A stretch of DNA of 61,151 nucleotides. Source: Azolla caroliniana. Its lineage: Eukaryota > Plantae > Polypodiophyta. The translations under genes were made by a program, and so were the position numbers. Below are positions 1 to 11,227 of this stretch, in pieces. The notes beneath the pieces were generated by a model that saw only the letters and a list, made by a program, of their open reading frames with translations, ran no database searches and had not been told where the DNA came from. Positions within the stretch are counted from its first letter, which is position 1; every line of letters begins with the position of its first letter. The stretch spans positions 1 to 61,151 of the forward strand of contig JBHGNT010000175.1 in the NCBI GenBank assembly GCA_043228905.1. The letters are read 5' to 3'.

Positions 1-178
1 AGCGTTGTTAGCTTCGATTCGCGTGCTTCAACACAGAAATCCGATATCACACGAGCCAGGTATGAACATTTTAATTTACTCAAGGGCTCCTCTGAACTCC
101 CTCCTCATGTTTGGTAATTTCGTCATGTCTCTTGACCTGAGTTTCAAAATCTTGATTTTTTAATTCCATATCATAGCT
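1..178 (+). repeat. Representative A-class monomer (box TCAAGGGCTCCTCTGAACTCCCTCCTCATG at offsets 80-109)
   Basis: Read directly. The next monomer begins with AGCGTT at 179. Confidence 0.95.
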
Positions 179-1068
179 AGCGTTGTTAGCTTCGATTCGT
201 ATGTTTGAACACAAAAATCCGATATCACACGAGCCAGGTATGAACATTTTAATTTACTCAAGGGCTCCTCTGAACTCCCTCCTCATGTTTGGTAATTTCG
301 TCATGTCTCTCGACCTGAGTTTCAAAATCTTGATTTTTTAATTCCATATCATAGCTAGCGTTGTTAGCTTCGATTCGCATGCTTGAACACAAAAATCCGA
401 TATCACACGAGCCAGGTATGAACATTTTAATTTACCTAAGGGCTCCTCCCAACTCCCTCCTCATGTTTGGTAATTTCGTCATGTCTCTCGACCTGAGTTT
501 CAAAATCTTGATTTTTTAATTCCATATCATAGCTAGCGTTGTTAGCTTCGATTTGCAGGCTTCAACACAAAAATCCGATATCACACGAGCTAGGTATGAA
601 CATTTTAATTTACTTACAAGCTCTTCCCAACTCACTCCTCAAATTTGGTAATTTCGTCATATCTCTCGACCTGAGTTTCAAAATCTTGATTTTTTAATTC
701 CATATCATAGCTAGCGTTGTTAGCTTCGATTCGCATGCTTGAACACAAAAATCCGATATCACACGAGCCAGGTATGAACATTTTAATTTACTCAGGGGCT
801 CCTCTGAACTCCCTCCTCATGTTTGGTAATTTCGTCATGTCTTTCGACCTGAGTTTCAAAATCTTGATTTTTTAATTCCATATCATAGCTAGCATTGTTA
901 GCTTCGATTCGCATGTTTGAACACAAAAATCCGATATCACACGAGCCAGGTATGAACATTTTAATTTACCTACAAGCTCTTCCCAACTCACTCCTCAAAT
1001 TTGGTAATTTCGTCATGTCTCTCGACCTGAGTTTCAAAATCTTGATTTTTTAATTCCATATCATAGCT

Positions 1069-1246
1069 AGCGTTGTTAGCTTCGATTCGCATGTTTGAAC
1101 ACAAAAATCCGATATCACACGAGCCAGGTATGAACATTTTAATTTACCTACTAGCTCTTCCCAACTCACTCCTCAAATTTGGTAATTTCGTCATGTCTCT
1201 CGACCTGAGTTTCAAAATCTTGATTTTTTAATTCCATATCATAGCT
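1069..1246 (+). repeat. Representative B-class monomer (box CTAC[A/T]AGCTCTTCCCAACTCACTCCTCAAA)
   Basis: Read directly. The flanks match the A class and the box is different. Confidence 0.95.
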
Positions 1247-4200
1247 AGCGTTGTTAGCTTCGATTCGCATGTTTGAACACAAAAATCCGATATCACACGA
1301 GCCAGGTATGAACATTTTAATTTACCTACAAGCTCTTCCCAACTCACTCCTCAAATTTGGTAATTTCGTCATATCTCTCGACCTGAATTTCAAAATCTTG
1401 ATTTTTTAATTCCATATCATAGCTAGCGTTGTTAGCTTCGATTCGCATGCTTGAACACAAAAATCCGATATAACACTCCTCTGAACTCCCTCCTCTGAAC
1501 TCCCTCCTCATGTTTGGTAATTTCGTCATGTCTTTCGACCTGAGTTTCAAAATCTTGATTTTTTAATTCCATATCATAGCTAGCATTGTTAGCTTCGATT
1601 CGCATGTTTGAAAACAAAAATCCGATATCACACGAGCCAGGTATGAACATTTTAATTTACCTACTAGCTCTTCCCAACTCATTCCTCAAATTTGGTAATT
1701 TTGTCATGTCTCTCGACCTAAGATTCAAAATGTTGATTTTTTAATTCCATATCATAGCTAGCGTTGTTAGCTTCGATTCGCATGTTTGAACACAAAAATC
1801 CGATATCACACGAGGCAGGTATGAACATTTTAATTTACCAACTAGCTCTTCCCAACTCACTCCTCAAATTTTTTAATTCCATCATGTCTCTCGACCTGAG
1901 TTTCAAAATCTTGATTTTTTAATTCCATATCATAGCTAGCGTTGTTAGCTTCGATTCGCGTGCTTCAACACAGAAATCCGATATCACACGAGCCAGGTAT
2001 GAACATTTTAATTTACTCAAGGGCTCCTCTGAACTCCCTCCTCATGTTTGGTAATTTCGTCATGTCTCTTGACCTGAGTTTCAAAATCTTGATTTTTTAA
2101 TTCCATATCATAGCTAGCGTTGTTAGCTTCGATTCGTATGTTTGAACACAAAAATCCGATATCACACGAGCCAGGTATGAACATTTTAATTTACTCAAGG
2201 GCTCCTCTGAACTCCCTCCTCATGTTTGGTAATTTCGTCATGTCTCTCGACCTGAGTTTCAAAATCTTGATTTTTTAATTCCATATCATAGCTAGCGTTG
2301 TTAGCTTCGATTCGCATGTTTGAACACAAAAATCCGATATCACACGAGCCAGGTATGAACATTTTAATTTACCTACAAGCTCTTCCCAACTCACTCCTCA
2401 AATTTGGTAATTTCGTCATATCTCTCGACCTGAGTTTCAAAATCTTGATTTTTTAATTCCATATCATAGCTAGCGTTGTTAGCTTCGATTCGCATGCTTG
2501 AACACAAAAATCCGATATCACACGAGCCAGGTATGAACATTTTAATTTACCTACTAGCTCTTCCCAACTCACTCCTCATGATTGGTAATTTCGTCATGTC
2601 TTTCGACCTGAGTTTCAAAATCTTGATTTTTTAATTCCATATCATAGCTAGCATTGTTAGCTTCGATTCGCATGTTTGAAAACAAAAATCCGATATCACA
2701 CGAGCCAGGTATGAACATTTTAATTTACCTACTAGCTCTTCCCAACTCATTCCTCAAATTTGGTAATTTTGTCATGTCTCTCGACCTAAGATTCAAAATC
2801 TTGATTTTTTAATTCCATATCATAGCTAGCGTTGTTAGCTTCGATTCGCATGTTTGAACACAAAAATCCGATATCACACGAGGCAGGTATGAACATTTTA
2901 ATTTACCAACTAGCTCTTCCCAACTCACTCCTCAAATTTTTTAATTCCATCATGTCTCTCGACCTGAGTTTCAAAATCTTGATTTTTTAATTCCATATCA
3001 TAGCTAGCGTTGTTAGCTTCGATTCGCGTGCTTCAACACAGAAATCCGATATCACACGAGCCAGGTATGAACATTTTAATTTACCTACTAGCTCTTCCCA
3101 ACTCACTCCTCAAATTTGGTAATTTCGTCATGTCTCTCGACCTGAGTTTCAAAATCTTGATTTTTTAATTCCATATCATAGCTAGCGTTGTTAGCTTCGA
3201 TTCGCATGTTTGAACACAAAAATCCGATATCGCACGAGCCAGGTATGAACATTTTAATTTACCTACAAGCTCTTCCCAACTCACTCCTCAAATTTGGTAA
3301 TTTCGTCATATCTCTCGACCTGAACTTCAAAATCTTGATTTTTTAATTCCATATCATAGCTAGCGTTGTTAGCTTCGATTCGCATGCTTGAACACAAAAA
3401 TCCGATATAACACTCCTCTGAACTCCCTCCTCTGAACTCCCTCCTCATGTTTGGTAATTTCGTCATGTCTTTCGACCTGAGTTTCAAAATCTTGATTTTT
3501 TAATTCCATATCATAGCTAGCATTGTTAGCTTCGATTCGCATGTTTGAAAACAAAAATCCGATATCACACGAGCCAGGTATGAACATTTTAATTTACCTA
3601 CTAGCTCTTCCCAACTCATTCCTCAAATTTGGTAATTTTGTCATGTCTCTCGACCTAAGATTCAAAATGTTGATTTTTTAATTCCATATCATAGCTAGCG
3701 TTGTTAGCTTCGATTCGCATGTTTGAACACAAAAATCCGATATCACACGAGGCAGGTATGAACATTTTAATTTACCAACTAGCTCTTCCCAACTCACTCC
3801 TCAAATTTTTTAATTCCATCATGTCTCTCGACCTGAGTTTCAAAATCTTGATTTTTTAATTCCATATCATAGCTAGCGTTGTTAGCTCCGATATCACACG
3901 AGCCAGGTATGAACATTTTAATTTACTCAAGGGCTCCTCTGAACTCCCTCCTCATGTTTGGTAATTTCGTCATGTCTCTTGACCTGAGTTTCAAAATCTT
4001 GATTTTTTAATTCCATATCATAGCTAGCGTTGTTAGCTTCGATTCGTATGTTTGAACACAAAAATCCGATATCACACGAGCCAGGTATGAACATTTTAAT
4101 TTACTCAAGGGCTCCTCTGAACTCCCTCCTCATGTTTGGTAATTTCGTCATGTCTCTCGACCTGAGTTTCAAAATCTTGATTTTTTAATTCCATATCATA

Positions 4201-4952
4201 GCTAGCGTTGTTAGCTTCGATTCGCATGTTTGAACACAAAAATCCGATATCACACGAGCCAGGTATGAACATTTTAATTTACCTACAAGCTCTTCCCAAC
4301 TCACTCCTCAAATTTGGTAATTTCGTCATATCTCTCGACCTGAGTTTCAAAATCTTGATTTTTTAATTCCATATCATAGCTAGCGTTGTTAGCTTCGATT
4401 CGCATGCTTGAACACAAAAATCCGATATCACACGAGCCAGGTATGAACATTTTAATTTACCTACTAGCTCTTCCCAACTCACTCCTCATGATTGGTAATT
4501 TCGTCATGTCTTTCGACCTGAGTTTCAAAATCTTGATTTTTTAATTCCATATCATAGCTAGCATTGTTAGCTTCGATTCGCATGTTTGAAAACAAAAATC
4601 CGATATCACACGAGCCAGGTATGAACATTTTAATTTACCTACTAGCTCTTCCCAACTCATTCCTCAAATTTGGTAATTTTGTCATGTCTCTCGACCTAAG
4701 ATTCAAAATGTTGATTTTTTAATTCCATATCATAGCTAGCGTTGTTAGCTTCGATTCGCATGTTTGAACACAAAAATCCGATATCACACGAGGCAGGTAT
4801 GAACATTTTAATTTACCAACTAGCTCTTCCCAACTCACTCCTCAAATTTTTTAATTCCATCATGTCTCTCGACCTGAGTTTCAAAATCTTGATTTTTTAA
4901 TTCCATATCATAGCTAGCGTTGTTAGCTTCGATTCGCGTGCTTCAACACAGA
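1105..4952 (+). repeat. 11-monomer higher-order repeat, two copies (period 1937 bp = 11x178-21; second copy carries an extra 27-bp deletion), built from related 6-mer and 5-mer subunits
   Basis: The rearranged monomer is at 1480 and 3417 (+1937). The ATTTTTTAATTCCAT conversion variant is at 1868, 2936, 3805 and 4846. Boundaries are approximate. Confidence 0.88.
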
Positions 4953-5175
4953 AATCCGATATCACACGAGCCAGGTATGAACATTTTAATTTACTCAAGG
5001 GCTCCTCTGAACTCCCTCCTCATGTTTGGTAATTTCGTCATGTCTCTTGACCTGAGTTTCAAAATCTTGATTTTTTAATTCCATATCATAGCTAGCATTG
5101 TTAGCTTCGATTCGCATGTTTGAACACAAAAATCCGATATCACACGAGCCAGGTATGAACATTTTAATTTATCAA

Positions 5176-8100
5176 CGAGCTCTTCCCAACTCACTCCTCA
5201 AATTTGGTAATTTCGTCATGTCTCTCGACCTGAGTTTCAAAATCTTGATTTTTTAATTCCATATCATAGCTAGCGTTGTTAGCTTCGATTCGCATGTTTG
5301 AACACAAAAATCCGATATCACACGAGCCAGGTATGAACATTTTAATTTACTCAAGGGCTCCTCTGAACTCCCTCCTCATGTTTGGTAATTTCGTCATGTC
5401 TCTCGACCTGAGTTTCAAAATCTTGATTTTTGAATTCCATATCATAGCTAGCGTTGTTAGCTTCGATTCGCATGTTTGAACACAAAAATCCGATATCACA
5501 CGAGCCAGGTATGAACATTTTAATTTACCTACTAGCTCTTCCCAACTCACTCCTCAAATTTGGTAATTTCGTCATGTCTCTCGACCTGAGTTTCCAAATC
5601 TTGATTTTTTAATTCCATATCGTAGCTAGCCTTGTTAGCTTCGATTCGCATGTTTGAACACAAAAATCCGATATCACACGAGCCAGGTATGAACATTTTA
5701 ATTTACCTACAAGCTCTTCCCAACTCACTCCTCAAATTTGGTAATTTCGTCATATCTCTCGACCTCAATTTCAAAATCTTGATTTTTTAATTCCATATCA
5801 TAGCTAGCGTTGTTAGCTTCGATTCGCATGCTTGAACACAAAAATCCGATATAACACTCCCCAGGTATGAACATTTTAATTTACTCAAGGGCTCCTCTGA
5901 ACTCCCTCCTCATGTTTGGTAATTTCGTCATGTCTCTCGACCTGAGTTTCAAGATCTTGATTTTTTAATTCCATATCATAGCTAGCATTGTTAGCTTCGA
6001 TTCGCATGTTTGAACACAAAAATCCGATATCACACGAGCCAGGTATGAACATTTTAATTTACCTACAAGCTCTTCCCAACTCACTCCTCAAATTTGGTAA
6101 TTTCGTCATATCTCTCGACCTGAATTTCAAAATCTTGATTTTTTAATTCCATATCATAGCTAGCGTTGTTAGCTTCGATTCGCATGCTTGAACACAAAAA
6201 TCCGATATCACACTCCCCAGGTATGAACATTTTAATTTACTCAAGGGCTCCTCTGAACTCCCTCCTCATGTTTGGTAATTTCGTCATGTCTCTCGACCTG
6301 AGTTTCAAAATCTTGATTTTTTAATTCCATATCATAGCTAGCGTTGTTAGCTTCGATTCGCATGTTTGAACACAAAAATCCGATATCACACGAGCCAGGT
6401 ATGAACATTTTAATTTACCTACTAGCTCTTCCCAACTCACTCCTCAAATTTGGTAATTTCGTCATGTCTCTCGACCTGAGTTTCAAAATCTTGATTTTTT
6501 AATTCCATATCATAGCTAGCGTTGTTAGCTTCGATTCGCATGTTTGAACACAAAAATCCGATATCACACGAGCCAGGTATGAACATTTTAATTTACCTAC
6601 TAGCTCTTCCCAACTCACTCCTCAAATTTGGTAATTTCGTCATATCTCTCGACCTGAATTTCAAAATCTTGATTTTTTAATTCCATATCATAGCTAGCGT
6701 TGTTAGCTTCGATTCGCATGCTTGAACACAAAAATCCGATATAACACGAGCCAGGTATGAACATTTTAATTTACTCAAGGGCTCCTCTGAACTCCCTCCT
6801 CATGTTTGGTAATTTCGTCATGTCTCTCGACCTGAGTTTCAAAATCTTGATTTTTTAATTCCATATCATAGCTAGCATTGTTAGCTTCGATTCGCATGTT
6901 TGAACACAAAAATCCGATATCACACGAGCCAGGTATGAACATTTTAATTTACCTACAAGCTCTTCCCAACTCACTCCTCAAATTTGGTAATTTCGTCATA
7001 TCTCTCGACCTGAATTTCAAAATCTTGATTTTTTAATTCCATATCATAGCTAGCGTTGTTAGCTTCGATTCGCATGCTTGAACACAAAAATCCGATATCA
7101 CACTCCCCAGGTATGAACATTTTAATTTACTCAAGGGCTCCTCTGAACTCCCTCCTCATGTTTGGTAATTTCGTCATGTCTCTTGACCTGAGTTTCAAAA
7201 TCTTGATTTTTTAATTCCATATCATAGCTAGCGTTGTTAGCTTCGATTCGCATGTTTGAACACAAAAATCCGATATCACACGAGCCAGGTATGAACATTT
7301 TAATTTATCAACGAGCTCTTCCCAACTCACTCCTCAAATTTGGTAATTTCGTCATGTCTCTCGACCTGAGTTTCAAAATCTTGATTTTTTAATTCCATAT
7401 CATAGCTAGCGTTGTTAGCTTCGATTCGCATGTTTGAACACAAAAATCCGATATCACACGAGCCAGGTATGAACATTTTAATTTACTCAAGGGCTCCTCT
7501 GAACTCCCTCCTCATGTTTGGTAATTTCGTCATGTCTCTCGACCTGAGTTTCAAAATCTTGATTTTTGAATTCCATATCATAGCTAGCGTTGTTAGCTTC
7601 GATTCGCATGTTTGAACACAAAAATCCGATATCACACGAGCCAGGTATGAACATTTTAATTTACCTACTAGCTCTTCCCAACTCACTCCTCAAATTTGGT
7701 AATTTCGTCATGTCTCTCGACCTGAGTTTCCAAATCTTGATTTTTTAATTCCATATCATAGCTAGCATTGTTAGCTTCGATTCGCATGTTTGAACACAAA
7801 AATCCGATATCACACGAGCCAGGTATGAACATTTTAATTTACCTACAAGCTCTTCCCAACTCACTCCTCAAATTTGGTAATTTCGTCATATCTCTCGACC
7901 TGAATTTCAAAATCTTGATTTTTTAATTCCATATCATAGCTAGCGTTGTTAGCTTCGATTCGCATGCTTGAACACAAAAATCCGATATCACACTCCCCAG
8001 GTATGAACATTTTAATTTACTCAAGGGCTCCTCTGAACTCCCTCCTCATGTTTGGTAATTTCGTCATGTCTCTCGACCTGAGTTTCAAAATCTTGATTTT

Positions 8101-11100
8101 TTAATTCCATATCATAGCTAGCGTTGTTAGCTTCGATTCGCATGTTTGAACACAAAAATCCGATATCACACGAGCCAGGTATGAACATTTTAATTTACCT
8201 ACGAGCTCTTCCCAACTCACTCCTCAAATTTGGTAATTTCGTCATGTCTCTCGACCTGAGTTTCAAAATCTTGATTTTTTAATTCCATATCATAGCTAGC
8301 GTTGTTAGCTTCGATTCGCATGTTTGAACACAAAAATCCGATATCACACGAGCCAGGTATGAACATTTTAATTTACTCAAGGGCTCCTCTGAACTCCCTC
8401 CTCATGTTTGGTAATTTCGTCATGTCTCTCGACCTGAGTTTCAAAATCTTGATTTTTGAATTCCATATCATAGCTAGCGTTGTTAGCTTCGATTCGCATG
8501 TTTGAACACAAAAATCCGATATCACACGAGCCAGGTATGAACATTTTAATTTACCTACTAGCTCTTCCCAACTCACTCCTCAAATTTGGTAATTTCGTCA
8601 TGTCTCTCGACCTGAGTTTCCAAATCTTGATTTTTTAATTCCATATCGTAGCTAGCCTTGTTAGCTTCGATTCGCATGTTTGAACACAAAAATCCGATAT
8701 CACACGAGCCAGGTATGAACATTTTAATTTACCTACAAGCTCTTCCCAACTCACTCCTCAAATTTGGTAATTTCGTCATATCTCTCGACCTCAATTTCAA
8801 AATCTTGATTTTTTAATTCCATATCATAGCTAGCGTTGTTAGCTTCGATTCGCATGCTTGAACACAAAAATCCGATATAACACTCCCCAGGTATGAACAT
8901 TTTAATTTACTCAAGGGCTCCTCTGAACTCCCTCCTCATGTTTGGTAATTTCGTCATGTCTCTCGACCTGAGTTTCAAGATCTTGATTTTTTAATTCCAT
9001 ATCATAGCTAGCATTGTTAGCTTCGATTCGCATGTTTGAACACAAAAATCCGATATCACACGAGCCAGGTATGAACATTTTAATTTACCTACAAGCTCTT
9101 CCCAACTCACTCCTCAAATTTGGTAATTTCGTCATATCTCTCGACCTGAATTTCAAAATCTTGATTTTTTAATTCCATATCATAGCTAGCGTTGTTAGCT
9201 TCGATTCGCATGCTTGAACACAAAAATCCGATATCACACTCCCCAGGTATGAACATTTTAATTTACTCAAGGGCTCCTCTGAACTCCCTCCTCATGTTTG
9301 GTAATTTCGTCATGTCTCTCGACCTGAGTTTCAAAATCTTGATTTTTTAATTCCATATCATAGCTAGCGTTGTTAGCTTCGATTCGCATGTTTGAACACA
9401 AAAATCCGATATCACACGAGCCAGGTATGAACATTTTAATTTACCTACTAGCTCTTCCCAACTCACTCCTCAAATTTGGTAATTTCGTCATGTCTCTCGA
9501 CCTGAGTTTCAAAATCTTGATTTTTTAATTCCATATCATAGCTAGCGTTGTTAGCTTCGATTCGCATGTTTGAACACAAAAATCCGATATCACACGAGCC
9601 AGGTATGAACATTTTAATTTACCTACTAGCTCTTCCCAACTCACTCCTCAAATTTGGTAATTTCGTCATATCTCTCGACCTGAATTTCAAAATCTTGATT
9701 TTTTAATTCCATATCATAGCTAGCGTTGTTAGCTTCGATTCGCATGCTTGAACACAAAAATCCGATATAACACGAGCCAGGTATGAACATTTTAATTTAC
9801 TCAAGGGCTCCTCTGAACTCCCTCCTCATGTTTGGTAATTTCGTCATGTCTCTCGACCTGAGTTTCAAAATCTTGATTTTTTAATTCCATATCATAGCTA
9901 GCATTGTTAGCTTCGATTCGCATGTTTGAACACAAAAATCCGATATCACACGAGCCAGGTATGAACATTTTAATTTACCTACAAGCTCTTCCCAACTCAC
10001 TCCTCAAATTTGGTAATTTCGTCATATCTCTCGACCTGAATTTCAAAATCTTGATTTTTTAATTCCATATCATAGCTAGCGTTGTTAGCTTCGATTCGCA
10101 TGCTTGAACACAAAAATCCGATATCACACTCCCCAGGTATGAACATTTTAATTTACTCAAGGGCTCCTCTGAACTCCCTCCTCATGTTTGGTAATTTCGT
10201 CATGTCTCTTGACCTGAGTTTCAAAATCTTGATTTTTTAATTCCATATCATAGCTAGCGTTGTTAGCTTCGATTCGCATGTTTGAACACAAAAATCCGAT
10301 ATCACACGAGCCAGGTATGAACATTTTAATTTATCAACGAGCTCTTCCCAACTCACTCCTCAAATTTGGTAATTTCGTCATGTCTCTCGACCTGAGTTTC
10401 AAAATCTTGATTTTTTAATTCCATATCATAGCTAGCGTTGTTAGCTTCGATTCGCATGTTTGAACACAAAAATCCGATATCACACGAGCCAGGTATGAAC
10501 ATTTTAATTTACTCAAGGGCTCCTCTGAACTCCCTCCTCATGTTTGGTAATTTCGTCATGTCTCTCGACCTGAGTTTCAAAATCTTGATTTTTGAATTCC
10601 ATATCATAGCTAGCGTTGTTAGCTTCGATTCGCATGTTTGAACACAAAAATCCGATATCACACGAGCCAGGTATGAACATTTTAATTTACCTACTAGCTC
10701 TTCCCAACTCACTCCTCAAATTTGGTAATTTCGTCATGTCTCTCGACCTGAGTTTCCAAATCTTGATTTTTTAATTCCATATCATAGCTAGCATTGTTAG
10801 CTTCGATTCGCATGTTTGAACACAAAAATCCGATATCACACGAGCCAGGTATGAACATTTTAATTTACCTACAAGCTCTTCCCAACTCACTCCTCAAATT
10901 TGGTAATTTCGTCATATCTCTCGACCTGAATTTCAAAATCTTGATTTTTTAATTCCATATCATAGCTAGCGTTGTTAGCTTCGATTCGCATGCTTGAACA
11001 CAAAAATCCGATATCACACTCCCCAGGTATGAACATTTTAATTTACTCAAGGGCTCCTCTGAACTCCCTCCTCATGTTTGGTAATTTCGTCATGTCTCTC

Positions 11101-11227
11101 GACCTGAGTTTCAAAATCTTGATTTTTTAATTCCATATCATAGCTAGCGTTGTTAGCTTCGATTCGCATGTTTGAACACAAAAATCCGATATCACACGAG
11201 CCAGGTATGAACATTTTAATTTACCTA
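5176..11227 (+). repeat. 17-monomer tandem duplication (period 3026 bp), internally 12+5
   Basis: Rare variants recur at +3026: TTTCCAAATC...CGTAGCTAGCCTTG 5591/8617 and AAGATCTTGA 5951/8977. GAATTC-variant monomers (ORF starts 5276, 7412, 8302, 10438) are spaced 2136, 890 and 2136 bp. Confidence 0.9.

Noticed and set aside
84-106. G-quadruplex or H-DNA in the pyrimidine-rich box
   Set aside because: There are too few G3 runs on either strand, and the CTCCTC mirror arms are only 6 bp and interrupted by purines.
1-178. Canonical CENP-B box or regular 10-bp A-tract phasing
   Set aside because: TTCG occurs but without the downstream CGGG of the CENP-B box. The A/T tracts (35, 69, 146, 156) are not consistently helically phased by eye.
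1344-3587. Minus-strand ORFs of 68-72 aa (1344-1550, 1432-1650, 3281-3487, 3369-3587)
   Set aside because: They exist only because the -21 bp rearranged monomer removes stop codons. They overlap in different frames, lie entirely in satellite and show no recognisable protein motif.
5276-10712. Paired +/- 67-aa ORFs repeated four times
   Set aside because: A single T>G variant (TTTTAA>TTTGAA) abolishes stops on both strands. The copies track the 12+5 HOR, so they are markers rather than genes.
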